Source of the DNA: Adineta vaga
Taxonomy: Eukaryota > Animalia > Rotifera
DNA length: 64,000 nucleotides
Reading direction: 5' to 3'
Assembly (NCBI GenBank): GCA_021613535.1
Contig: CP075495.1
Location: 14,694,001-14,758,000, forward strand
Shown here: positions 35,861-48,201 of the stretch, piece by piece
How positions within the stretch are numbered: the first letter of the stretch is position 1
Layout of the letters: each line of letters begins with the position of its first letter
Program-made: the position numbers and the translations under genes
The notes under the pieces: model-generated
What the model saw: only the letters and a program-made list of their open reading frames with translations
Told to the model about the DNA's origin: nothing
Database searches by the model: none

Positions 35861-38800
35861 ATGAAATTAAAAGAAATTGATCGAACTGTTCATGTTGCTT
35901 GGTCTCCAGCTAACACCGATGAACATCAAGCGAATGCCAATTATTTAGTTGGTGGTACAGCTGCTCAACAACTGGATGCAAGTTTTAGGTTAGTCTTAAT
36001 TCATGACATTTTTTTCGAAATGAGAAAAATTTCTTTCTTATAGTACAAATTCACAATTGGAATTATTTCAAGTTAATTTAGCAGATAGAAGTATGGCAAT
36101 GACACCCATTGGATCTGTAAAAACAGATTATCGGTATGTTATATTGATCTTCTAATTATTGTTGATGATCTAAATATTGTTCTTATTTTAGTTTTAATAA
36201 ATTAATTTGGCCATCAGTAAAATTATTAATCGGTGCAACAGAAAAAGGTCGTATTTATTTAGTTGATCCATTCGCTCAAACGATTTCTCAACAACTTGAT
36301 AAACATACTGGAAGTGTTCATTCTATTGATATGAATATTCTTCAACCAAATTTATTTGCTAGTGGTGGATCGAATTCTGAATTAATGATTTGGGATTTAA
36401 ATGATCTCAAACAACCCATGATACCTGGTGGTACATCAACAGCTACTCATCATATTGATGAAGAAGTTCAATGTGTCGCATGGAATCGACAAAAATCTCA
36501 TATTCTAGGTTCAACACTTGGAGGAAAAACTTTGATTTGGGATTTAAAATCAAGTAATGAACCAATATTTAAAATAAGTGATTCAACATATCGAATGCGT
36601 GCAAATCGTCTTGTTTGGCATCCGGATATAACAAGTCAATTATGTTTAGCCAGTGAAGAAGATCAATCAGGAGCTATACAATTATGGGATCTTCGATATG
36701 GTGCAAGTCCTATGAAATTACTTAGTGGTCATACAAGGTTAGTAAATATTGAAGTACTTTTATTATTAAATATCGTTGTTTTTTTTCGTTTCATTGTTTA
36801 GAGGAATATTAGATTTACAATGGTCACCCAATGATGGTAATTTATTGATGTCAAGTGGAAAAGATAATAAAATTATCTGTTGGAATCCTAATGATGTAAG
36901 TGTTATGGCAGAAATTGTCTATGAAATTCCATGTAATCATTGGTGTTTCGATGTCAAATGGTGTCTTGGTATGAATTTATGCATATATTCATGTTCTATC
37001 ATAAGATTTTGTTTTCTTCATTTTTAGTTGATCCGAATTTAATTTCAGCATCATCATTTGATGGTACATTGAGTATTTATACATTAATGGGTGGTTCATG
37101 TCAAGTATCACGACCAGTTAATAATCAACTATTTACACAAGCATTTGGTGATGGACTTCCTTCAACACAAGAATCACATCCAGCTACTACTACACATGAT
37201 GTTTTACCAATTAAATATGCACCAAAATGGATGCGACGTAAAACGCGAGTTTCTTTTGGTGTAAGTATCTTTATTGATAAAAATCGTTATTCCTTCTCTC
37301 TTCTATATTAGTTTGGTGGTAAATTGGTCACTGTTCAAGCTCCAGTTACTCCTTCAACAACAGAATCAGGTCCATCATCACCTAATGCTACCGGTATTCG
37401 TCGTCCACCCATTCTTATTGAACAAGTAGTTGTCGATCATGTCTTTGTTCAAGCCGTTCAAACATTTGATAATATGTTACAATCTGGTACCTTACTGGAT
37501 TATTGTGATCATCAAATATCATCAACATCAAATACACAAGATGAACAGATTCTTTGGCGATTTTTACGTGCTTCATTTGAAAGTGACCCAAAAGTTAAAT
37601 ATATTGAATTATTAGGTTTTCGACGTGATGATATTTTACATAAAGTACAAACATTAACACTCGATGATAAACATAATTTACCAACTGAATCTTTAAATGG
37701 ATTACATTTGGGAGATAATCATGTGAAAAAACATTCAAATGCTGGTAATGATTGATTGATTGATTGATTTGTTTTTCTCTTTCAAATAAGAAGATTTTTT
37801 TTTAGAAGTAGAAACATTGTTAAGTCGAAGTATTATGTTAGGACAATTTGAAGCTGCTGTTGATTTATGTTTTCATGAACAACGATATACAGATGCACTT
37901 TTACTTGCACATCTTAGTGGTCAAGAACTTTTATATAAAACACAAAAACGATATTTTGAAAAAGTTGTAACACCAACAACTAAAGTTTGTTTTCAATCAG
38001 ATATAGATAAAAAAAATAATTACTGATATCTCTTTCTTTTTAGTTAATTGATATTGTTACAAATCAAGATTGGCCACGTTTAATAGAATCCAGTAATATG
38101 ACCAATTGGCGAGATGTTCTTGTTGCACTTTTAACATATACAACGGGCTCGACATTTATTGATTTATGTAATCAATTGGGCCATCGTTTAGCTCAACAAC
38201 ATGTGGGAACGAATGATTCACTTCGTACTTATGCATCGATATGCTTTATTTGTACGGGAAATTTAGAACAATTTGATCTGGCTTGGTCAAGTAAATATCA
38301 ACAACAAGGAATGTCATCAATGCAATTAGAACAATTAATTGAAAAATTATTCGTTCTCAAACGTTCGTTAGATTATTCTGTTGCACATCAACAACAGCAA
38401 CAACAAAAGAAAACAATAAATGCATCAGGATCTATGGATGGACCATCAATTAGTCGACATTTAGCATTATTTGGTCAATTATTAGCCAATGAGGGTTGTG
38501 CAAGAGCAGCCCTCGTTTATCTAGGAAATTTACAAACAGTGAGTATAGTTTCTGTACGAATAAAAAAAGCATTTATCTTGTTAATTTTATGTAGCCTGAA
38601 CTTGTTGTCTTACGTGACCGTCTTTATTATGGTGTACCCACAAATCAATTGACTGGTATTCCAAAACCACCGAGCCCATTTCGACGAGTTGATATTCCTA
38701 CACAACCACAACTACAACCATCACAGCGAAAACCAAGTGCAACTGCTCCACATAATTTTCGGCCTCAGCTTCCATCTGAATCATCATTTGTACCTACACC

Positions 38801-39973
38801 AAATCCCAGTTGGACTCCACCAGTACCACAAATACCCGCCAATGATCCTAATATGAGACCAGGAACTGGATTGATAAATAAGTAAATAATTGAAAAGGAA
38901 ATATTACGTTCTAGTTTTTATTCAATGAATTTTAGTCGACCTGCAACACAACCTACTATTCCATCTTATCCATCAAACTTTTATAATCCTGCTACTGCTG
39001 TTACTCAACATTTCACACCACCAACAATGATGTCTACTCAATCATATGCTCCTGGTTAGTCGTCGTTGAAATAATACTCAATGATTTCTGTTTCTTTGAA
39101 TTTTAGGACACACAGCGCCCGTACTACCACCATCCATGTCAGGCGCTCCTAATGTTCCACAACCTGTTGTTCCGTTGGTTCCATCCTATCAAGATGCTAA
39201 ACCAGTACTTGCATGGAATGATCCACCCACAGTAATGATGAAAATACCAAAACCAAATCCAGTCAAAGTAAAATCCACTATTCTTTTCGTATTTTTCTCG
39301 ACTCCTTTTTCTTGATTATATTTTTAGCCATCAGCTCCATCAACAGATGGTTTTAATTCAAATAATTCTTCATTTCTTCCAGGCGCTAATGAACCACCAG
39401 CTCAACCATCATTTCATTTCAATCCAGCAATAACAACTCAGCCAACAGGAGCCATGTATCCTCCAACAGCAGGACCATCATCTGATTTTGTTCATCATCC
39501 AAATTCTTCTTTACAAGAATCAACAATTCGAAGAGTAGCAACACCACCTCCTCCACCTGCGCCAGTCGTTAAAGGTCCAATACCAAGTGAACATCAAGTC
39601 ATCCAAGATACATTTGATTTACTTGTCAATCGATGTCAACAAGCAGCTCAACAATTACCATTAAAACGAAAATTAGATGAAGTGAAGAAGAAACTTGACG
39701 TTTTATATGATAAACTACGAGAAAATCGAGTAAATCTTCCATCAAAACACATTCATACATAAATACGAACAATTATTTGTTTAGGTTCCAACAAGTGTTT
39801 TACAAGGTATTCATCAAATAATTGGTTATATTCGTCAATATGATTATCAATCTTCAATGACAATTTATAATCAATTAGTTGCAAGTGAAAATCTAGCTGA
39901 AACAAGTCAATATATGGCGGCTGTTAAGATTCTTCTTCAATGTTGTATGCAACTTAATGTTTATTGTCAATGA
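35861..39973 (+). CDS. SEC31: COPII outer coat protein Sec31 (multi-exon)
   Basis: MKLKEIDRT..AWSP, GTAAQQLDASF, WD40 repeats, APKWMRR..VSFGFGGKLV, Pro-rich region, AWNDPP, C-terminal KRKLDEVKKKLDVLYDKL. Confidence 0.97.
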
Positions 39974-40435
39974 TAATAACAATAGCAGTAGGAGAAAGAA
40001 ACCGAAAAACACTTTTTTTTTCTATTTGTTCGTTTTAATTTTTCTTGCCGTGTGTTTGTTAATGTATGTGCAGTGTTTGGAATCTCTTATTTCTTTATTC
40101 TTTTATCTTGATGATAGAACGAAGTGGGGAGAAAAAGACTTTAATTTATTATTATTATTACTATTATTATCTGTTTTGAACGTTACAGTTTTTCTTTCGC
40201 TTCTTCGTTTGTTTTTATTGCTTCAAAAAAGATATCACTAAACATGTCTTGTTCTGTTTGATTTGTCAACTACTAATGTATAAGAAAACTATGAATTATT
40301 TCGGAAAATAATATGTTGATAGAATGGCGATTTTATATTTTGTTTTTAAACAAAACATATCTATTAAAACGATTCGATCAGTAAAGTAAATATGTACATT
40401 TATACAGAGAGATCGGTTAATTGTTGTTTAGTTTT

Positions 40436-41910
40436 TCAAAGACGACAATTTGTTTCTGATAAAGCCGTGAAAGTTGCTGAATGTTGACGTAGATAATTAT
40501 TTTTCAATAATAATTCATGATAAACTTTATCTTTAGTTCGCATCTGTCTTCGAAGTCCAAATGGAACAACAAAAAACCAAATTATGAGAATAATATGTCC
40601 AACAATATAAAATCCTGCAAGTGTTATGAATAGATAACGATCAATCCATAACCAATAATTTGTGGGTTCTGGTTTTGACTGCCAATTATAGGTAAATAGA
40701 AGAGAACCAATAATAGCGTGCCAAACACCGAGAATTATAACGAAAAACATTGATGTTATACTATATTTATCTAAAGCTGTTAAATAGGCAATAGGAGGCT
40801 AGAAAGAAATAATCAATTTTGAATAAGAATGTGATTATTATGAGATAGAAATTTCTTACAGTTAGATGAGAAACACAAATAGTCCAACGAAAAGCAATAT
40901 GAGTTAAGAGAAGTGTAAAAGCAACTCCTAAACGTTGATTTGTATTCCTAAAATGAGAATAGATGAAATTAGTTTTTCTTGACATTGAACTTCTATGAAA
41001 TCCTTTTCGTTTTCTTACTCAGCTGTTATCGAAAATGCAGCAAAGCCAACAACTGTCATAATAAAACTAATCCAATATCCATTCCAAAACATATATTGAG
41101 CTCGTCGAGCTATAATTTATACTAAAAATAGTTTTTATTTCACTTGAATCAATTGATTATGTTTACCTGCATGACAAGAGATAGTTAATATACTTCTTTC
41201 TTTTTCATGTCCTGGCATATCTAATTCACCATCTTCATCCGTTTGAAAGGCAAATCCTTTTACTTTTCGTATTCTTGATTCGACATGTTCATATAAAATC
41301 CATTCCTGTACAGCAACAAATGCTTCTCGATTAATACCAGATGGAACCTCAAAATCTGGTTCCAAACGAATTTTTGATCCACTTTCTGATGAACCAAATG
41401 AAATACTTAATTCTTGAATATCATGTGGAAAATGATGAAAATCAAATGGAGAGAAAAAAAAGCCTTTTACTAAACGATGTTCACGCATGTAGTATGAACC
41501 ATTATTTCGATCTTTTCTTAAACTATAACGAATATGTTGATTATCTGGATCGACATTTGTATTCATAATAAATAATTGGGGTTGCCAATTATTCTCATCT
41601 TTTGTATAATTAGGTAAACGAACTGTATGACCATTTGATAGTAGACATTGTTCATGTTCCTTTAATGATTCAATAGAATTGGGATTAGCTAACCATCGAG
41701 CTTCTATTGCAACATCAGCAGTATATCTTTCGAATTGAGTTTCAATAGGACCTAGAGTATACCGATGAATGCTTTTCTTCTTCTTCTCATTGTCTTATCG
41801 AGTATAATCTTACCAATCTGAAGAAACATTATTCGTATACCAACTCTTATTACATCTGGTATTTTGACATCATCAAGACCAAGATATACAGTAGCTATAG
41901 ATTCGTTCAT
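40436..41910 (-). CDS. Cys-less (Pro-loop) pentameric ligand-gated ion channel subunit, multi-exon
   Basis: WQPQLFIMN (loop A), FDFHHFPHDIQ with no flanking Cys pair, pre-M1 RR, M2 QRLGVAFTLLLT, PPIAYLTALDKY, M4 WIDRY. Confidence 0.85.
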
Positions 41911-42290
41911 TAAGGAAATAATACCGAAAATCTATTCCGTAGGATATATTATATAAATACGCAAAAACTCAGGTGATACAGAAATGGTAGTACGTGTGTG
42001 TGTCTTCACACACCTTCACATAGTTTTATTTGCATTTCTTTTGGTTACGCTTGCTCGCTCTCAGTTATTAAGATAGATCGTGTTTTTTAAGAGACGTACA
42101 CAACATTAAACAAACGAAACATTGCAAAAGCAAAATATAAAAAGAATCAGTACAAGTATGATGAGTACGTTCTAAATTCGTCACATGTCAATTTGAATAC
42201 TATGATAGTTTTTCGTCAGATAAATTGTATTATCAAGTGAAAAATTGATAAACAATTATTTAATATACTTTAGATACGAAGAAGTTTATA

Positions 42291-43169
42291 ATGGAGAACA
42301 ATATTGATGAATTATCTTCTCATTTAAGTACATTAACTACAAATTCTAACGAAATATCCAAATTAGATCATCGTCTTCCACTTTCAACTTCTCTTCTTCC
42401 ATCAATGTCATCATGTCCAATGGCAGCAGACAATTATAATCATTTACTTATTTATCATCATCAAAAATTAATCTTATTTCAATTACCAACATTTGAAATT
42501 CTCTTTTCTATTTCTATTTTACCATTTACTGAATGTCAAATATCGGATATTTGTTTCTATACAATATCCAATTGTTTTCTTTTATCAAGTGCAAATACAA
42601 TTTATTCATTTTCATCAAATAAATCTATTGATACATTCCATCAATGTTCCAATACAATATGGTCAATAACATATACATCAACATTCATGTTTATTTGTTA
42701 TCTATTTGGTTCTTCAATTGAACAATGGAATTTTCATTCTAATGATCGAATTTTAATGAATACTTGGTTAAAAGAACAACTTTTAGAAAGATTTGATATG
42801 GGAATAAATTGTATTCGTGCTGTCGATCAATCTATTGGAATGACAATAAAAGAAAGAAATTTTTCCTGGAGAATTGATATATTCGATATTATAACAATGA
42901 ATAGACTACGTCGTGGTCAAACCATTCAACAAGAAAATGGTTTAAGTAATTGGATTGGAAATTTATTTCCTTTTGATCAATATCGTTGGTTATTTGCTGA
43001 TGGTGATGAAGGATTATTTCTCATTGATCAAACAGATGAAAAACATTACAAAGAAAATAATATTATGAAATTAGCTTGTAATATTTGTTTAATTCGTGAT
43101 ATAAACAATGGACAATATTCTTCTATCGTTGTTCAATCATATGAAGCATTACAATTGTATAATATTTAA
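42291..43169 (+). CDS. Uncharacterised beta-rich (propeller-like) protein, single exon
   Basis: 292-aa ORF with a splice acceptor (ctttag, 42273) just upstream; repeated beta-strand-like blocks (ISDIC, IWSI, INCI). Confidence 0.65.
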   Translation: MENNIDELSSHLSTLTTNSNEISKLDHRLPLSTSLLPSMSSCPMAADNYNHLLIYHHQKLILFQLPTFEILFSISILPFTECQISDICFYTISNCFLLSSANTIYSFSSNKSIDTFHQCSNTIWSITYTSTFMFICYLFGSSIEQWNFHSNDRILMNTWLKEQLLERFDMGINCIRAVDQSIGMTIKERNFSWRIDIFDIITMNRLRRGQTIQQENGLSNWIGNLFPFDQYRWLFADGDEGLFLIDQTDEKHYKENNIMKLACNICLIRDINNGQYSSIVVQSYEALQLYNI

Positions 43170-43202
43170 TCATCTGTATTTTTAGATCAACATATTTTTT
43201 TC

Positions 43203-43917
43203 ATGGATGATAATCCTCTTCTTCCAAAAGCTGAACCAGTAACACCAACATTAATTGATTTATTAAAAAAATATACAACTCGAGTCGATGAACGTGAAAC
43301 TTTATGGAAAGAAGGTACACGTGCTTGTCGACAAGAACAAAATAGTACACGATGAATTTAGTTTTATTCCTTAATGATTGTTTTGTTTATTGTTTTTAGC
43401 TCAAAATGATGAAATTCAACGATTAAAAGATAGTGTACAAAGATTACAATCGAATTCAACTGTAATTCAAACACCCTCAACGATTGATTATAAAGCAAAA
43501 TGGGAAGAATCCGAAGCAAAATATCATCAATTAGAAAACAAGTATCAACAATTAGAAAATAAAATTGATCAACTTCAACATGATGCTAATCATATGAAAG
43601 TTAGTTTTGTTTTTTTCATTTGAATTCGAAAAAGAAATTCTTAAAATACTTTTCTTTAGTTAATAAAAGAACGTATTTTAGAAATCTGTTCATGTCATAA
43701 ATTAACACATCAACAGATTGAACAATTAAAATTACTTGTGAATAATAATATTTCAATTGAATCAATTGCAAATAAAAATGATTTTCATCAACAAACATTG
43801 AAAATACGTGATATTTTAGTTAAACATAATGATGAACTGTTCAATCGTTTGGAAGATATGATCAATAAAAAACGAAAACGAAATATATATGAAGTAGATA
43901 ATATCGATGACAATTAG
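43203..43917 (+). CDS. Uncharacterised coiled-coil protein (3 exons)
   Basis: Open frame across GT-AG introns at about 43316-43399 and 43600-43659; heptads YHQLENKYQQLENKIDQL; KKRKR near the C-terminus. Confidence 0.7.
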
Positions 43918-44464
43918 TTTTATTCATTTCAATGGTCTTTCTCTGTCTATATGTTCTGTTTAACTATCCGAAATAAATATGAAAATGAAAAACTAACATT
44001 TTTGCTACATTTTAATTTTATGAACATCATTCTTAAAAGAACTGCAAACAATTATGTTTTTCTTTTCTTTTGTTCTTCACTTCACATACACATGACAGTA
44101 TGTTTATATGATTTTATCCTTCTGTTCTCTACGACGATAACAACAATCGACGTCGGACGAATTTGTAACTATCGATTAACAAAACGAGAATTACAAGTCT
44201 TATTCTCTATGAGATTAGTTGTTCGAAAGTGCACATCCTTTCACAAATTTGTTTGCATGAATAATTATACAATTTATCTGATTTATAACAATACTGATAC
44301 ATTTGATTATGTGAATCTCTATCAGTCAGTCAGTGGAGACATCTTAAATTACACTTAAAGCTCATTCGTCTGCAGTCTGACGTTCATTATGAATGAATTC
44401 TTAATTAACTCGAATCATTTGTTTGTAGGATTCCGAATACACATTCATTTTAGATCAGGCAAAG

Positions 44465-45119
44465 ATGGAATCGAAATCTACTTATTCACCATTTGTTGAA
44501 CATTCATTTCGTCGACTTACACTTCTCATCCATCAACAAGATCGACTTCATACTTCACCAAGTAAATCAACTGAACAAACATCCAATTCTGCATCACGAT
44601 CAAGAGAAAATAAGATTTGTAACGATGAACTAGTATCCGTACCATCAAAATCAAAATCTCATTCACAATCAACTCATACGAATGATACAAAATTCAAAGT
44701 TGAACCGATATCACGAATGCCTAGAACTTATATGCGTCCACCTAAACATCGAACAATCGGTAAGTTACTTTTCTTGTTAAAAATACTCGTCTATGGAATA
44801 ATTCATTTTTTCCCTTCGATCAGTTTCACATCGTTGTTCGTCATCGCAAGTTTTTGATCGATCTGAAACATCTTTCAATCAATCATTTGAATCACCATGT
44901 TCTCCATCTGTTACAAAACAAGAATCGAACGAATTACCCGTTCATAAACCTCATGAACGAAGTCAGTATGATATTCAGTTTGAAAGAGATCGTCAGAATG
45001 ATATTCGTGAAAAGTATAATATTCCTGCGCCATTTGAACGAACATGGTTACGACAGCCGCGTTACGTACCGCAAGAACGACCGAATTTCGGTGAAAAGCA
45101 TCAATCACAAAGTCAATAA
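44465..45119 (+). CDS. Uncharacterised Ser-rich protein (2 exons, intron 44760-44824)
   Basis: ATCG|gtaagt...tcag|TT keeps an open frame to TAA at 45117-45119. Confidence 0.6.
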
Positions 45120-45966
45120 TTATCTGTTTTGTTTTCATTGTTTCTGTGTATTTGTATTTGATTATACTTATATAGGTGTTGATTGAACAATGTTATTATG
45201 TTGTTACTTGATAATCAAGTTTTCTTTTTTACAATAAATCAGAACATCATGTTTTGTCGAAAGTTTCGAATAGAAACAAAATGCACCTTTCTATATAATG
45301 AAATCATAAACATACAAGAACTATAGTTATCAGTATTGTCTAGATTCGAGAATTTCGAACTTCTTTTGGAAAAACTAAGATAAATTAAAAACTCTGTGAA
45401 TAGTACATATATACCAATTTTGTACACATCAAGTAGTGAGAGAAAATGTATTGGAAGCATGCAATTCTAATTTAGAAAGGAAATATTGAGAAAATATACA
45501 TATTTCAGATATTGTCAAGTCAATGTCTGCTGATTGTGTTTTCCTATATGAATGAAACGCTCTGATTTTTTCTTTCTTATATATATTAATCGGCACAAAT
45601 TTTGTGAAAATACGATTTGTATGACGAACTTTCTGAATTATTTTCATCTTAAACTAGCACAGACGGAAGAATATATTGATGCATAAAAAAACTAATATTT
45701 TGTAGTGCTGATGAATCAAACGTAGATTCACATCGTTAGTTTTACTTAGGGAAATGCTTTTCCGTCAGTGAACATATTACTCTTATAAAATCTCGTTTTT
45801 CTTCTTGTAGGTAAGAACATTACTTTTAGTTTTAAGACAATATTCAAAATATTGCGAATGATAAAGTAAGAATAAAAACTATAAGAAATTCAAGTAATAA
45901 AGAAATTATTCTACTAAAATATCAGAGTTTTTTGTTTTTCTTCTCTTTTACATAAAAACTGTGTAA

Positions 45967-47552
45967 CCCTTTCCAGCCGGCTATCAGAAGATAGCATGCA
46001 AAAAATTCTACTTCAGATTGTCCAACGAAAGCATACTTTATTCATCGGTCCATGTCTTACAGTTTTAAGATGAGATATATTCCAATAATACTCAAAAGCT
46101 TACCAAAATAACGCAAATATCATCTATTTTCCCTAAGGAAGTTCACGAACTTAGTGAGATTCTAACAAGATGCATAGCTCATCATAGTATTCCTATTCCG
46201 ACTATTATAAAATACATCGTTGCATGCTTGCAAAGAATATTCAGTCCGAAGTTGTACAGTTTTTCCCGAATCAATATAGTCATACTCTTCACAAGATTTT
46301 ATAGAGGAGTTCGAAGCTTGATGTTAAGGAGCTAGAGTGGTTTCAAATTAAGAAAGAGTGCATTGTACCGTACAATATTGGAATTAATGTTTTATGTATG
46401 CATTTTATAGACTCACATGAACAATTTTCCAAATAATAAGATATATTTTCTGACGCTTTTAAGTTTGTTCTACAACGTGCTATAAACGTTTATTTCAAAT
46501 TCTGAAAGAAATGCTTATGCCGGAAGGTCGCATTACATGAACAAATGCACATCCAGATAATTTAGTATTCTTACGATCGAAATTAATGTTGAAATGTATT
46601 GAAGTTGTTTTTGTGTATGTAGGAAGAAAGCTTCGTATCTTTATATTCAAAAACATTTTTTGTTTTTTTCTGAGTAACGTTTATTTAAATGAATCAATGG
46701 GCCGTGTAATTGAGTGCACACGGTAGTAAGTGGAGCATGGATGTATGTATGTCATGCATGTTTTTTTCATGATGCTGCACCGCGCTGTTTGTCTTTCCTT
46801 TCTACTTTCTATCCAATATAAGAAAAAAACAAACGTGTATATCTAACGTAAGTAAATGTACGATACCAGATTAGCTCGAGTAAAACGACAAATTTTAAGC
46901 ATTTTCATATTTCGTATAACCGTTTCTTTCAGAAAAGGAAATTACGAATCTGACTAGAATCTCACTAAATTCGTGGACTTCCCTGGGAAAAATAGGAAAT
47001 ATTTGCGTTATTTTGGTAAGTTGTTGAGTATCAGTGGAATATATCCTATTTTAAGATCGTAAGAAGTGGACAGATGAATAAAGTATGCTTTCGTTGGACA
47101 ATCTGAACCCAAACTAACAGCAAATTATTAGAATTCTATTGAGAAAAAGTAATTGACTTTTTCCAAATTTTTGTACCCTTACAGCCGCATTTTGCCAAAA
47201 AGCAACATTCTTGCACTGTGTTTTTCAAGTATACTGAATAATTCGTCTTACTGGTACAATAGATAATGGACTTGGAGAGGAAAGTTAACCATTAGTTACT
47301 TCTCCCATTAAATCGTCGGACAAATAGAAAACAGATCATTTTGACTCGAAGGTTGTTTTGGGCCTTGACCGGAGAATTCATCCCTCTCTTCGACAATAGC
47401 TTTCTCGTTTCTTGAAAAAGCATAGTTTTGCCGCTAAAATGCATGTAATTAATTAGCAAATCACTTAAGGGACTATATTTCAGAACTTTAAGATAAACTC
47501 TAATGCGATGTTGGTAAAATGTTGTCAAATTGTAACATCCGGCTGGAGAGGG
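45967..47552. mobile_element. Non-autonomous piggyBac-like element with internal long inverted repeat
   Basis: Termini CCCTTTCCAGCCGG / CCGGCTGGAGAGGG (13 of 14 match); flanks GTAA and TCAA are each one change from TTAA; no transposase ORF. Confidence 0.7.
46012..47107. repeat. About 160-bp inverted repeat pair (46012-46170 and 46947-47107)
   Basis: TTCAGATTGTCCAACGAAAGCATACTTTATTCATC... is the reverse complement of ...GATGAATAAAGTATGCTTTCGTTGGACAATCTGAA. Confidence 0.9.
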
Positions 47553-48201
47553 TCAAAGTGAATAACAGAATTGATCGACACACAAAAAATCGTTTCATTC
47601 TCTATTTCTTATTCTTTCAAACAAAAAAAAAACATGCGACGTATATTTGTATAAAAGAATAGTATAACGAGCTTCGGCATATTTTACGTAATAGACGAAA
47701 AAAAAGCAAGGTGAATCCATTCTTGAACAAATATACAGAATCAAACGTATATGTTTCATTACTTTGAGAACTGAGAAATTTTTCTTTTTCTCTGTTCCGA
47801 TTTTATACTTCAAAATTGGTTGGATATTCATCGGAAGACTATTCTTCGCTACTGTCGAAAGTGTTTCATCATAGTTGTATATTTTCATTAGCTAAAATAT
47901 GAGGAAAAGAATGCATTTACCTATTTTCTTTCCATTTCTGCCTATGTGAACAAATATTCTCTTTCTTTTTTCCTCTTTTTTGAAACAGAAAAAAAGCCTT
48001 TAACAATCTATTCAACTGTCACCATCATTTCATTTTTTTTCTTCTCGTTCTTCCACAACAGAACGTCTATCGGATCAAGTTAGGTGACTTGCATGTTGGC
48101 AGAAGATTTTTTTCCATTTCTATTTATATTGAGAAAAATAATGCATTAATTGTGAACTATCTTTGATCGATTTATATATTTAGATAAAAATCGAGGAGAA
48201 G

